Below, in pieces: positions 1 through 9,304 of a stretch of 38,441 bases of DNA. The stretch's first letter is position 1. Each line of letters starts with the position of its first letter. Origin of the DNA: a virus (taxonomy: Duplodnaviria > Heunggongvirae > Uroviricota > Caudoviricetes); the IMG/VR virus record IMGVR_UViG_2802429225_000008. One strand, 5' to 3'. Under the pieces are notes generated by a model. That model was not told where the DNA came from and ran no database searches. It worked only from the letters and a program-made list of their open reading frames with translations. Made by a program: the position numbers and the translations under genes.

Positions 1-723
1 TTACGGGGTAATGCCAACCGCTGCCGCCACTTTGTCGCCACTAGTGCTTTGTTTTTCGAATTCATCTAAGGCTCTTTCAACATCAGAAAGATACTCTTTG
101 AATGAGTTCAAGATCATGCTTAACGAGCCCCCCATAAATAGGACCTGTTTTCCATCTTTTTTAAAAAAATCAGGATATTTTTCTATAAGTTCAATAATGC
201 TTTTAATATTTTGCCCATCGTTTTCTAAGTATTTTGCATCATTATGCGCACAACTGTTTCTTAATTTTGTTATTTTTTTGATATTCGAATAGTGGGATGT
301 TGACTTCATCCCTATCATTTTTTTGATAAATAGATGGCTCCTCTCAAATCCACTTCCTTTGAGATCTGAAACATTTATAGGAGAATGATGTCTATTAGCA
401 AAGTTGTTACAGAATTTTTCTATTTCGTGCTCAAAAATTCCGAATATAGTTAAGAATACTGACCTGCGGATAATACTTGGGTAGTATTCTAAAAACATTT
501 CATCGAGATCTAGCGATGAGCTGGTGAGTCCCATGTAATGATCAATTGACTGGTATACACCATCTTCCGGAGATATTTCAATTATATATTCTTCAGGTCC
601 TTTGTCTTTATATTCTGCTATGCCCTTAGCGATTGATGATTCGCTATGAGTGATTAACGTCTCGATAATATCAAATGTTAAGGAGAAGTCGAATATTGGT
701 AATTGAAACAAAAACTTAACCAT
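1..723 (-). CDS. HEPN-motif protein (Rx4H: RNSCAH), AT-rich cargo gene between attL and int; C-terminus runs off the window
   Basis: ORF 1..756 on the minus strand contains ...KLRNSCAHND..., a canonical HEPN Rx4-6H motif. Likely start is the second ATG at 723 (AAGG 7 nt upstream); an ATG at 756 would overlap int by 23 nt. No stop codon before position 1. Confidence 0.55.
   Translation of the reverse strand: MVKFLFQLPIFDFSLTFDIIETLITHSESSIAKGIAEYKDKGPEEYIIEISPEDGVYQSIDHYMGLTSSSLDLDEMFLEYYPSIIRRSVFLTIFGIFEHEIEKFCNNFANRHHSPINVSDLKGSGFERSHLFIKKMIGMKSTSHYSNIKKITKLRNSCAHNDAKYLENDGQNIKSIIELIEKYPDFFKKDGKQVLFMGGSLSMILNSFKEYLSDVERALDEFEKQSTSGDKVAAAVGITP
19..42. repeat. attL: Putative attL core (cgctgccgccactttgtcgccact), direct repeat of 35585-35608
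   Basis: 22 of 24 positions identical to the sequence immediately after the ogr stop codon; lies beyond the int/cargo end of the prophage. Confidence 0.5.
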
Positions 724-733
724 GCTTGAACCT

Positions 734-1765
734 TTAAGAATCTGATTTAGTAACATCCAAAGTTGCTAGTGGATTGAAACGAAGAGCTGTCTCTAAGTGA
801 TCAGGTGATAGATGAGCATAACGCATAGTCATTTTTATGTCGTGATGTCCGAGGATTTTTTGCAAAGCAAGGATGTTTCCACCCGACATCATGAAATGCG
901 CCGCAAACGTATGACGCAGAACGTGTGTAAGTTGACCGCGAGGGAGCACGATAGACGTTTTTTCCATCACGGATAAAAATTGAAAATAGCAGTCTGTGAA
1001 GAAATTGAACCCATCAAGCGCCATGATCTCTTCATAAAGCTCTTTACTGATAGGGATGCTTCTGTTTTTCTTCCCCTTCGTTCTTACAAAGGTAATTCGG
1101 TATTTGGTCACCTGTGATCGGGTAAGGTTTATTGCTTCTCGCCAGCGTGCGCCTGTGCTTAAGCATATCTTGACTACCAGTGCCAGAATTGGGTCCTGAC
1201 GTTTGCAATCATCCAGCAGTTCAACAATCTGCTCATGGGTAAGCCATGCCATCTCTTTTTCTGCGATGGTGAATTTTCGCATGTTCTCCAGTGGGTTTGG
1301 ATACGACCATTCGCCCAGGCGGGATAGTTCGCTAAAAACACTACTTAGATAGCTTTGCTCTAGGTTAATGGTGACCGGGCTGGCCCCTTTCTTCCATTTC
1401 TCGCTGAAATAGATCTCACCTGTCAGTCGTTTATCTCGATAATGGGCAAACATTTTAGATGTGAGATCGGTTGCAAGGGGATTGCCCAGAGCGTCAACCA
1501 TCAGCAGCAATTTGTCATAGACATGCTGCCCAGCAGTCAGAGATTTACCATGTAGTTTGAACCATAGCTCAACCACGTCTTTCAGGGTTCGACGATCTAC
1601 TGATTCGCCCAGCCAGGGCTTTGCTTCGGTTTCTTCCATCGTGTGACGCTCAAAAGCCAGTGCTTCGCCTTTGGTGGCGAATTGTTTACGCACACGACGC
1701 CCACTACGTCCGGCGGGGTAACATTCGCAAAGCCATTTTCCTGTGGTGAGTTTTCGTACTGCCAT
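734..1765 (-). CDS. int: Tyrosine recombinase, P2-type phage integrase
   Basis: Translation carries the conserved C-terminal integrase box (...LTHVLRHTFAAHFMMSGGNILALQKILGHHDIKMTMRYAHL...) and resembles P2 Int throughout; start taken at the internal ATG 1763-1765 (MAVRKLTTGKW...). Confidence 0.9.
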   Translation of the reverse strand: MAVRKLTTGKWLCECYPAGRSGRRVRKQFATKGEALAFERHTMEETEAKPWLGESVDRRTLKDVVELWFKLHGKSLTAGQHVYDKLLLMVDALGNPLATDLTSKMFAHYRDKRLTGEIYFSEKWKKGASPVTINLEQSYLSSVFSELSRLGEWSYPNPLENMRKFTIAEKEMAWLTHEQIVELLDDCKRQDPILALVVKICLSTGARWREAINLTRSQVTKYRITFVRTKGKKNRSIPISKELYEEIMALDGFNFFTDCYFQFLSVMEKTSIVLPRGQLTHVLRHTFAAHFMMSGGNILALQKILGHHDIKMTMRYAHLSPDHLETALRFNPLATLDVTKSDS

Positions 1766-1951
1766 AAAAAATGCCCTCCAGTAGAGAGCATTTTTACTGT
1801 ATGTATAACCAGTGTCAATGTATGAAATCCTGCGACCATACATCTCACTGAAGCCATAATGAAGTTAGCTATTTTTTGCTATGTGAGTATGTGACTTTTG
1901 CGGTTAGCCTGCGGCTCATTGTTATATTAGGCGCAGATATAAAAGCAAAAT

Positions 1952-2143
1952 TTATCGCGAGTTTTTAGTACAGATTTTTTTTGATTTACTAATAGTTCCA
2001 TCATTGCAAACGAACTTTCCATCGGAGGTACAGTGAGAGACACCTCCCTTTTTCCCAGAACAAGGATAATTTTTAGCATAGGTAGTTAGTGGGTTTAATA
2101 ACAAAGAGCATGATAAAACCACAAAAAATACCTTACCAAGCAT
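1952..2143 (-). CDS. Small secreted Cys-rich peptide (63 aa; predicted signal peptide, 4 Cys in the mature part)
   Basis: Strong RBS (GGGAGGA) upstream of the ATG; hydrophobic N-terminus [23 protein letters not shown] followed by KNYPCSG...C...C...C; sits in AT-rich DNA between int and cI. Confidence 0.5.
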   Translation of the reverse strand: MLGKVFFVVLSCSLLLNPLTTYAKNYPCSGKKGGVSHCTSDGKFVCNDGTISKSKKICTKNSR

Positions 2144-2158
2144 AGTTTCCTCCCGGTA

Positions 2159-2815
2159 TTACCTAACGTACTTAATTGTTAAACTTATAATTTTCCCAAT
2201 TATTTCAACATCTTCTATCTTGCACTCGAAGGCTCTGTTTCCACCTTCAACGAAGATTCTTCCACCGGGTAAACGAGTAATGTCGCGGATTGTTATTTCG
2301 CCATCAATACTTATTACCCATTTACCATCACGTATATCATCAAATTCTTTATCACAAATAAATTCAGAATTGTTATCTGTGATGACAAAAGGTTTTTTAA
2401 ACGTAGAGGGTAGAAATCCCTTATCAAAAATATAAAAACCGTCTTCACGCAAGGCACCATCAGATAATACATATTTAGCAACTTCCATAGTATTTGTATT
2501 ACCTGAAGTTTGCTTTGAACCATTTCCAGTTGTGAGCCAATTAAGCGAGGTGCCCGTTTCAAGGGCGCACTGGATTACCCAATCTGCCGGAAAAATATCA
2601 CGCATATAGCGCGTTGCCATGGTGCTCTTAGAAACACCTAAATGATCACAGAGAGCCTGACGGGTACCGAACCCATATGCTTCAACTAAACGTTCTATGG
2701 CTTTCTTACCGCCGCTATTGAAATCCACAAGTCCTCCAAAGAAATCCAAAATTCGTTGGCAGATTCCAAAAGCGATCTTAAAGTTGAACCAGAAGTGTTC
2801 TTTTGGAGCCTTCAC
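2159..2815 (-). CDS. cI: CI-type immunity repressor (HTH), 186-like
   Basis: HTH-like segment GFGTRQALCDHLGVSKSTMATRYMRD; divergent from apl/cox and cII as in phage 186. True start may be an internal GTG after a GGAGG (giving ~189 aa) rather than the first ATG. Confidence 0.7.
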   Translation of the reverse strand: MKAPKEHFWFNFKIAFGICQRILDFFGGLVDFNSGGKKAIERLVEAYGFGTRQALCDHLGVSKSTMATRYMRDIFPADWVIQCALETGTSLNWLTTGNGSKQTSGNTNTMEVAKYVLSDGALREDGFYIFDKGFLPSTFKKPFVITDNNSEFICDKEFDDIRDGKWVISIDGEITIRDITRLPGGRIFVEGGNRAFECKIEDVEIIGKIISLTIKYVR

Positions 2816-2873
2816 TACTAATCACGACAAACAACGGCTCGCCACAAGCCATATCTAGAAGGAATGTTGCCTT

Positions 2874-3077
2874 ATGACACCTAACATTTCAATTACTCTG
2901 AATACACCACATGTCACAATCGAACGTTATAGCGAACTGACTGGCCTTTCTATTGATACGATTAACGACATGTTGGCTGATGGCCGACTACCTCGTCATC
3001 GTCTTCGTAAAGACAAAAAACGTGAAAAGGTAATGATTAACCTGGCTGCTCTGACTGTTGATGCTTTGTCTGCTTAA
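2874..3077 (+). CDS. Apl/Cox-like excisionase and transcriptional regulator (small HTH protein)
   Basis: 67-aa ORF divergent from cI with RBS AAGGAA; position and size match apl of 186 and cox of P2. Confidence 0.65.
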   Translation: MTPNISITLNTPHVTIERYSELTGLSIDTINDMLADGRLPRHRLRKDKKREKVMINLAALTVDALSA

Positions 3078-3141
3078 TAGACGTCTATTTTCGCAATAAG
3101 ACGCTGAGTTCGATTTTGCGATAAGTTCGGAGTTGAAAACC

Positions 3142-3651
3142 ATGTTTGATTACCAAGTTTCCAAACATCCACATTTTGATGAAGCCTGTCGTGCATTCGC
3201 GTTGCGCCACAACCTGGTGCAACTGGCAGAACGTGCTGGCATGAATGTGCAGATTCTGCGAAACAAGCTGAACCCAGCTCAACCTCATTTATTAACCGCA
3301 CCAGAAATCTGGCTGCTTACCGATCTGACTGAAGATTCAACGCTGGTAGATGGTTTTCTGGCTCAGATTCACTGCCTGCCATGCGTACCGATTAATGAGG
3401 TAGCAAAAGAGAAACTGCCGCATTACGTCATGAGTGCAACCGCAGAGATCGGGCGTGTTGCTGCTGGTGCGGTATCTGGTGATGTGAAAACCAGCACAGG
3501 TCGTCGTGATGCTATCAGCAGCATTAACTCTGTAACACGACTGATGGCGCTGGCTGCTGTTTCATTGCAGGCCCGTTTACAGGCTAATCCTGCGATGGCG
3601 AGTGCAGTTGATACCGTGACTGGCCTCGGTGCTTCATTCGGTTTGCTGTGA
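3142..3651 (+). CDS. cII: Phage 186 CII-like regulatory protein
   Basis: [24 protein letters not shown]...[34 protein letters not shown]... closely resembles 186 CII as I remember it; ATG at 3142 preceded by GGAG. Confidence 0.8.
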   Translation: MFDYQVSKHPHFDEACRAFALRHNLVQLAERAGMNVQILRNKLNPAQPHLLTAPEIWLLTDLTEDSTLVDGFLAQIHCLPCVPINEVAKEKLPHYVMSATAEIGRVAAGAVSGDVKTSTGRRDAISSINSVTRLMALAAVSLQARLQANPAMASAVDTVTGLGASFGLL

Positions 3652-3658
3652 GGTGCTT

Positions 3659-3955
3659 ATGCTGACGAAAGAACCATCATTTGCATCGCTGCTGGTAAAA
3701 CAAAGCCCGGCAATGCACTACGGTCACGGCTGGATCATGGGTGAGGATGGTAAACGCTGGCATCCGTGCCGTTCACAAGATGAATTGCTGTCTGAATTGA
3801 CCACGGGGAAACGGAGAAAGTCAAAATGTATGCAGCGGAAAGTGAAGTGGTTTATCAGTTTCGTTACAGAGGGGAGAGTTATTCAGTACCTGAAGATGAT
3901 TTGCTCTGTTGTTATCCGTCGTTGTCGGGCGATGGCAGTTACTTTTTCACGCTAA
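3659..3955 (+). CDS. Hypothetical early protein (Fil-like position)
   Basis: ORF with RBS AGGTG before ATG 3659; overlaps the next ORF by 130 nt in another frame, so its extent is uncertain. Confidence 0.4.
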   Translation: MLTKEPSFASLLVKQSPAMHYGHGWIMGEDGKRWHPCRSQDELLSELTTGKRRKSKCMQRKVKWFISFVTEGRVIQYLKMICSVVIRRCRAMAVTFSR

Positions 3956-4050
3956 AGGATGGGACGTTTTTACGGGGAGAGCAGGTTAAAGAGATGATAC
4001 GAAAAAATATATCTCCTCTTGAGCGTTACCGTAAGAACAAAGAGCGATAG
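3826..4050 (+). CDS. Hypothetical early protein
   Basis: ATG 3826 preceded by GGAGAAAG; 74-aa ORF. Confidence 0.5.
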   Translation: MYAAESEVVYQFRYRGESYSVPEDDLLCCYPSLSGDGSYFFTLKDGTFLRGEQVKEMIRKNISPLERYRKNKER

Positions 4051-4072
4051 TTGCGTTTTGGGGATATGAATT

Positions 4073-4414
4073 ATGGCAATTAATGGCGCTGCGGCGACTG
4101 TTCCATTAAGCCCAGGTGAACGCCTGAATGGACTTAATCATATTGCGGAATTAAGGGCGAAAGTATTTGGCCTGAATATTGAGTCAGAGCTTGAGCGGTT
4201 TATTAAAGATATACGTGATCCACGGGATGTTAATTATGAACGAAATAAACGGGCACTGGCTGCTATATTCTTTATAGCAAAAATTCCAGCTGAACGTCAT
4301 AGCATCAGCATTAATGAGCTGACCACTGACGAAAAGCGGGAGTTGATTAAAGTAATGAATCATCTTCGTGCAGTGGTGAGCTTATTTCCCAGACGGCTAG
4401 CCATGCCGAATTAA
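4073..4414 (+). CDS. Hypothetical early protein
   Basis: 113-aa ORF with RBS GGGGA, same orientation as the early operon. Confidence 0.55.
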   Translation: MAINGAAATVPLSPGERLNGLNHIAELRAKVFGLNIESELERFIKDIRDPRDVNYERNKRALAAIFFIAKIPAERHSISINELTTDEKRELIKVMNHLRAVVSLFPRRLAMPN

Positions 4415-4481
4415 CCAATTAATGAAATTCATGGCGTAAACCCGCCGGGCATTCCTTTATCTAAATTCAGGAGAATTGATT

Positions 4482-4715
4482 ATGCGTAATATTGAAACCC
4501 TCTCGACTAAAACCGGACCGGATGACGCAGGACTTAATATTTTACTGACAGAGGCTCGTCTGGAAGAACGTCGGGCAAGGGCTGAGGCAATGGCTGCCCG
4601 CCTTGATAGCCTTGCGTGTCATATTACATCCCGCCAGCTAAACCACGTCGAAGCAGCAGAACTGCTGCGTGTGACCGCTGAAGCAATCCAGAACGAAGCG
4701 CAGGAGGTCCACTAA
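4482..4715 (+). CDS. Hypothetical small protein
   Basis: ATG 4482 preceded by CAGGAGAA; the ORF-track start at 4476 is a TTG. Confidence 0.55.
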   Translation: MRNIETLSTKTGPDDAGLNILLTEARLEERRARAEAMAARLDSLACHITSRQLNHVEAAELLRVTAEAIQNEAQEVH

Positions 4716-4942
4716 TGGCTGATGCAATGGATCTCGTACAGCAGCGCGTTGAAGAAGAACGCCAGCGCCATATCCGTGCTGCCCGTACCAAAACGCCGGG
4801 CGTATCCCGCGTACTTTGCATTGAATGTGAAGCACCAATTCCGCCAGCACGACGCCGCGCCATTCCGGGTGTGCAGCTTTGCATTACCTGTCAGGAAATC
4901 GCAGAGCTGAAAGGCAAGCACTACAACGGAGGTGCTGTATGA
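4715..4942 (+). CDS. TraR/DksA-family C4 zinc-finger protein
   Basis: Paired CxxC motifs (CIECEAPIP ... CITCQEI) in a 75-aa protein, as in phage TraR-like proteins. Confidence 0.75.
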   Translation: MADAMDLVQQRVEEERQRHIRAARTKTPGVSRVLCIECEAPIPPARRRAIPGVQLCITCQEIAELKGKHYNGGAV

Positions 4943-5241
4943 CAAGGGCAGTGCGTATCCATCAATTAAAAATTGCACCTAAGTATTTCAACGCTGTGGT
5001 TGCAGGTCAAAAGACGGCTGAACTTCGTAAAGACGATCGTGGCTATAAAGTTGGTGATGTTCTTTCTCTTTGCGAATGGAAGCATGGCGTATTTACGGGT
5101 AGGGAATGGGCCGCTGTTATCTCTCATGTGCTTCCGGTTAATGACGTCATGTCAGTTTCAGAACAATGGGTGATGCTATCAATTCGCCCATTAACCCCAT
5201 TAGAAGCTTTAGGATATGTTATTGCAGGAGGTGCTGTATGA
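4939..5241 (+). CDS. DUF3850-like (ASCH/PUA-like) protein
   Basis: [44 protein letters not shown]; start ATG 4939 after GGAGG; the gene is bracketed by identical 15-nt junctions (4928-4942 and 5227-5241). Confidence 0.6.
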   Translation: MTRAVRIHQLKIAPKYFNAVVAGQKTAELRKDDRGYKVGDVLSLCEWKHGVFTGREWAAVISHVLPVNDVMSVSEQWVMLSIRPLTPLEALGYVIAGGAV

Positions 5242-6095
5242 GCACCATCCTGAAATGGGCGGGAAATAAAACCGCCATTATGTCCGAACTGAAAAAACAC
5301 CTTCCTGCTGGCCCGCGACTGGTTGAACCTTTCGCGGGTTCCTGTGCTGTGATGATGGAGACGGATTACCCCAGCTATCTGGTTGCGGATATTAATCCTG
5401 ATTTAATCAACCTCTATAAAAAGGTTGCCGCTGATTGTGAATCGTTTATATCTCGCGCCAGAGTTTTATTTGAGATCGCAAACAGGGAGGTGGCTTATTA
5501 CAACATAAGGCAGGAGTTTAATTACTCAACTGAAATTACTGATTTCATGAAAGCGGTATATTTCCTGTATCTCAATCGTCACGGTTACCGTGGTTTATGT
5601 CGCTATAACAAGAGCGGGCATTTCAACATTCCCTACGGTAATTATAAAAATCCGTATTTCCCTGAAAAAGAAATTCGCGCATTTGCAGAAAAAGCCCAGC
5701 GAGCAATGTTTATCTGCGCCAGCTTTGATGAAACGCTGGCGATGTTGAAGGCGGGGGATGTGGTGTATTGCGATCCGCCGTATGACGGTACGTTTTCCGG
5801 CTATCACACTGATGGTTTCACTGAAGATGACCAGTATCACCTGGCATCCGTTCTTGAACATCGGTCATCAGAAGGACATCCGGTCATTGTTTCTAACAGT
5901 GACACATCCCTGATCCGTTCGCTGTATCGCAATTTTACTCACCACTATATCAAGGTAAAACGCAGCATCGGTGTGGCAGCTGGCGAGGGTAAATCAGCAA
6001 CAGAAATCATTGCTGTTTCCGGGCCGCGCTGCTGGGTGGGATTTGATTATTCGCGTGGCGTGGATAGTTCTGCCGTGTACGGAGTGCGTGCATGA
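5238..6095 (+). CDS. dam: DNA adenine methyltransferase (Dam-like, D12 class)
   Basis: ILKWAGNK N-terminal motif, FAGS motif I and DPPY catalytic motif; start ATG 5238 after GGAGG. Confidence 0.85.
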   Translation: MSTILKWAGNKTAIMSELKKHLPAGPRLVEPFAGSCAVMMETDYPSYLVADINPDLINLYKKVAADCESFISRARVLFEIANREVAYYNIRQEFNYSTEITDFMKAVYFLYLNRHGYRGLCRYNKSGHFNIPYGNYKNPYFPEKEIRAFAEKAQRAMFICASFDETLAMLKAGDVVYCDPPYDGTFSGYHTDGFTEDDQYHLASVLEHRSSEGHPVIVSNSDTSLIRSLYRNFTHHYIKVKRSIGVAAGEGKSATEIIAVSGPRCWVGFDYSRGVDSSAVYGVRA

Positions 6096-8506
6096 GCCAT
6101 GCTGATATGAACAACTGCAGCGGCTTTAACGAGGCCGCCGCAGCATTCTCATGGAACAGCCCGAAAAAGGCGATTAACCCTTATCTGGACCCGGCGGAAG
6201 TTGCGCCGGTTTCTGCGCTTTCAAACCTGATCACTCTGTACGCTGCCGATAACAAGCAGGAACAACTGCGCCGCGAGGCACTGAGTGATCAGGTCTGGGA
6301 GCGTTATTTCTTTAATGAATCCCGTGATCCTGTCCAGCGCGAAATGGAGCAGGATAAGCTCATTAGCCGGGCAAAGCTGGTGCATGAGCAGCAGCGTTTT
6401 AATCCGGACATGGTCATACTGGCGGACGTTAACGCCCAGCCTTCCCATATCAGCAAGCCGCTGATGCAACGTATTGAATACTTCAGCAGCCTGGGCAGGC
6501 CAAAGGCTTATTCCCGCTATTTGCGTGAGACGATTAAACCATGTCTGGAACGACTGGAGCATGTACGCGACAGCCAGCTATCTGCATCTTTTCGTTTTAT
6601 GGCAAGCCATGAAGGGCTGGACGGCCTGCTGATCTTGCCTGAAATGAGTCAGGATCAGGTGAAGCGCCTGTCTACCCTTGTTGCCGCGCATATGAGCATG
6701 TGCCTTGATGCAGCTTGTGGTGATTTGTATGCCACCGATGACGTTAAGCCAGAAGAAATCCGCAAGACATGGGAAAGGGTGGCGGCGGAAACCCTGCGTC
6801 TGGATGTCATCCCTCCTGCGTTTGAGCAACTCCGCCGGAAAAGAAACCGCCGTAAACCCGTACCCTATGAACTCATTCCGGGTTCGCTGGCGCGTATGTT
6901 GTGCGCCGACTGGTGGTATCGGAAATTATGGAAGATGCGTTGCGAATGGCGGGAAGAGCAGTTGCGTGCTGTTTGCCTGGTCAGCAAAAAAGCATCTCCC
7001 TATGTCAGCTATGAAGCCGTGATGCATAAACGTGAGCAGCGCCGTAAGTCGCTGGAGTTTTTCCGTTCTCATGAACTGGTGAACGAAGACGGCGACACGC
7101 TGGATATGGAGGACGTGGTAAACGCCAGTAGTAGCAACCCGGCGCATCGCCGCAATGAGATGATGGCATGTGTTAAAGGTCTGGAGCTTATCGCGGAAAT
7201 GCGCGGTGACTGCGCCGTTTTCTACACCATCACCTGTCCGTCACGTTTCCATTCCACGCTAAATAACGGCAGGCCCAACCCGACTTGGACAAATGCGACG
7301 GTAAGACAAAGCAGTGATTATCTGGTCGGCATGTTTGCTGCATTTCGTAAGGCGATGTACAAAGCCGGATTGCGCTGGTATGGCGTGCGGGTGGCTGAGC
7401 CGCATCATGACGGTACAGTTCACTGGCACCTGTTGTGTTTTATGCGCAAAAAAGATCGCCGCGCCATTACTGCTTTGTTGCGTAAGTTTGCCATTCGTGA
7501 AGACCGCGAGGAGCTGGGTAATAACACAGGACCACGCTTTAAGTCTGAGCTGATAAACCCGCGCAAAGGTACACCAACAAGCTACATCGCGAAATACATC
7601 AGTAAGAACATTGACGGGCGTGGTCTGGCTGGCGAGATCAGCAAGGAAACGGGTAAATCTCTGCGTGATAACGCTGAATACGTTAATGCCTGGGCGTCTC
7701 TGCATCGTGTTCAGCAATTCCGCTTCTTTGGCATTCCGGGGCGTCAGGCTTACCGTGAACTGCGATTGCTGGCTGGTCAGGCGGCAAGGCAACAGGGTGA
7801 CAAAAAAGCAGGTGCGCCGGTACTGGATAACCCGCGCCTTGATGCCATTCTGGCTGCAGCTGATGCTGGTTGCTTTGCCACCTACATCATGAAGCAGGGC
7901 GGCGTACTGGTTCCCCGTAAATATCACCTCATCAGAACCGCTTATGAAATCAACGAAGAGCCGACCGCCTATGGCGATCACGGTATTCGTATTTATGGCA
8001 TCTGGTCACCCATTGCAGAGGGCAAGATCTGCACTCATGCAGTGAAGTGGAAAATGGTCCGTAAAGCCGTTGACGTTCAGGAGGCGGCAGCCGACCAGGG
8101 CGCTTGCGCCCCTTGGACTCGTGGCAATAACTGTCCCCTTGCTGAAAATTTGAACCAACAAGGGAAAGACAAATCAGCTGATGGGGATATCAGAACGGAC
8201 ATTACCCGCATGGATGACAAGGAGTTGCACGAATACCTGCACAGTATGAGCAAAAAAGAGCGCCGGGAACTGGCTGCAAGGTTACGCCTGGTGAAACCGA
8301 AACGGCGTAAAGACTACAAACAGCGAATTACAGACCATCAGCGACAGCAGCTCGTCTATGAACTGAAGTCCAGAGGATTTGATGGCAGCGAGAAAGAGGT
8401 CTATTTACTCCTTCGTGGCGGCAGTATTCCGTCAGGAGCAGGCCTGCGTATCTTCTATCGGAACCAGCGTTTGCAGGAAGATGATAAGTGGCGGAACCTG
8501 TATTAA
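6092..8506 (+). CDS. A: Replication initiation endonuclease (P2 gpA / 186 RepA family, rolling circle)
   Basis: 804-aa protein with the His-hydrophobic-His type block ([11 protein letters not shown]) and key-tyrosine region ([11 protein letters not shown]) typical of P2 A. Confidence 0.85.
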   Translation: MSHADMNNCSGFNEAAAAFSWNSPKKAINPYLDPAEVAPVSALSNLITLYAADNKQEQLRREALSDQVWERYFFNESRDPVQREMEQDKLISRAKLVHEQQRFNPDMVILADVNAQPSHISKPLMQRIEYFSSLGRPKAYSRYLRETIKPCLERLEHVRDSQLSASFRFMASHEGLDGLLILPEMSQDQVKRLSTLVAAHMSMCLDAACGDLYATDDVKPEEIRKTWERVAAETLRLDVIPPAFEQLRRKRNRRKPVPYELIPGSLARMLCADWWYRKLWKMRCEWREEQLRAVCLVSKKASPYVSYEAVMHKREQRRKSLEFFRSHELVNEDGDTLDMEDVVNASSSNPAHRRNEMMACVKGLELIAEMRGDCAVFYTITCPSRFHSTLNNGRPNPTWTNATVRQSSDYLVGMFAAFRKAMYKAGLRWYGVRVAEPHHDGTVHWHLLCFMRKKDRRAITALLRKFAIREDREELGNNTGPRFKSELINPRKGTPTSYIAKYISKNIDGRGLAGEISKETGKSLRDNAEYVNAWASLHRVQQFRFFGIPGRQAYRELRLLAGQAARQQGDKKAGAPVLDNPRLDAILAAADAGCFATYIMKQGGVLVPRKYHLIRTAYEINEEPTAYGDHGIRIYGIWSPIAEGKICTHAVKWKMVRKAVDVQEAAADQGACAPWTRGNNCPLAENLNQQGKDKSADGDIRTDITRMDDKELHEYLHSMSKKERRELAARLRLVKPKRRKDYKQRITDHQRQQLVYELKSRGFDGSEKEVYLLLRGGSIPSGAGLRIFYRNQRLQEDDKWRNLY

Positions 8507-8600
8507 TTACGCGGGTTAACAATTCGTGCTCTTAATAATACCAGGCATTTCAGGCTGATGAACGTAAAAAAACGTTTTACATCAGTAAGATTATTATATA

Positions 8601-8616
8601 CTGTAAATATAAACAG
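8601..8616 (+). promoter_or_regulatory. LexA (SOS) box CTGTAAATATAAACAG
   Basis: Exact match to CTGT-N8-ACAG, 43 nt upstream of the ATG at 8659; a weaker half-site (TATACAGTA) follows at 8627-8636. Confidence 0.7.
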
Positions 8617-8658
8617 TGGTTATGTATACAGTATTGCTTTGGTGTCATAGGAGGAAAG

Positions 8659-8847
8659 ATGCAGGACTATTTTTTGGAGTCTTTGAAGCTCCAGCGCATT
8701 GATTTTTTTCTTAAGCTTGTAGCGGCTAGTGAGTGTAGTGATGAAGAGAAGGGGCTGGCTCTGCAGTGGGTATCTGAATTGACTGATGAACTCATGGCAA
8801 AAATCAGAACCCACGAATACAACCGCTCAATGGATGTCATCAGTTGA
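8659..8847 (+). CDS. Small protein of an SOS-controlled operon (Tum-like antirepressor candidate)
   Basis: Strong RBS AGGAGGA; immediately downstream of the LexA box; same position as tum in 186 (after A, before cos). Confidence 0.55.
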   Translation: MQDYFLESLKLQRIDFFLKLVAASECSDEEKGLALQWVSELTDELMAKIRTHEYNRSMDVIS

Positions 8848-8857
8848 GGTGACTTTT

Positions 8858-9091
8858 ATGCGCATTGAAATAATGATCGATAAAGAGCAGAAGATTAGCC
8901 AGTCTACCCTGGACGCCCTTGAATCCGAGCTTTACCGCAATCTGCGCCCCCTGTATCCCAAAACGGTAATTCGCATTCGCAAAGGTAGCTCTAACGGTGT
9001 GGAACTAACCGGACTGCAACTGGACGAAGAAAGAAAACAAGTGATGAAAATTATGCAGAAGGTGTGGGAAGACGACAGCTGGCTGCATTAA
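8858..9091 (+). CDS. DinI-family protein
   Basis: MRIEIMIDKEQKISQSTLDALESELYRNL...VWEDDSWL resembles E. coli DinI; RBS GAGGTGA before ATG 8858. Confidence 0.75.
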   Translation: MRIEIMIDKEQKISQSTLDALESELYRNLRPLYPKTVIRIRKGSSNGVELTGLQLDEERKQVMKIMQKVWEDDSWLH

Positions 9092-9226
9092 GAAACGTTG
9101 CTGGCGTCTGAACTTGCTTCTGGCGTCAGCAAGGTTGAACAACGAGCCCTTGCGAGGCGTTAGCTCTGTAGTGCATGTCTATGCCGCATGAGATCGCATG
9201 ATCGTTTGAGGATCGTTTTTGCTAAG

Positions 9227-9250
9227 GCCCGCCAGAACTGGCGGGCTTTT
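9227..9250 (+). terminator. Rho-independent terminator (gcccgccag-aac-tggcgggc-tttt)
   Basis: 8-bp GC-rich perfect stem, 3-nt loop and a T run, downstream of the tum/DinI operon. Confidence 0.6.
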
Positions 9251-9285
9251 GCGTAGATCATGCAGGTGCATGAAAACCACTACAT

Positions 9286-9304
9286 AAAGCGGGCAGGCGT
9301 GGCG
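9286..9304. other. cos: Candidate cos site (GGCGTGGCGGGGATACGAG)
   Basis: First 13 nt identical to the 186/P2 cohesive-end sequence as I recall it (GGCGTGGCGGGGAAAGCAT / GGCGAGGCGGGGAAAGCAC); lies between the early region and the packaging genes as in P2/186. Confidence 0.45.

Noticed and set aside
1597-1857. 86-aa minus-strand ORF and upstream extension of the int ORF to 1843
   Set aside because: The integrase most plausibly starts at ATG 1763-1765 (MAVRKL...), matching P2 Int; the extension and the overlapping ORF are probably non-coding promoter region.
2220-2562. Short ORFs on both strands inside the cI region
   Set aside because: Embedded in the CI repressor gene with no RBS; products are low-complexity.
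7259-7981. 240-aa ORF on the minus strand
   Set aside because: Antisense within replication gene A.
9101-9131. Apparent hairpin gctggcgtc...ctggcgtcagc after the DinI-like gene
   Set aside because: On inspection the two copies of ctggcgtc are direct, not inverted, so no stem forms; the real terminator-like hairpin is at 9227-9250.
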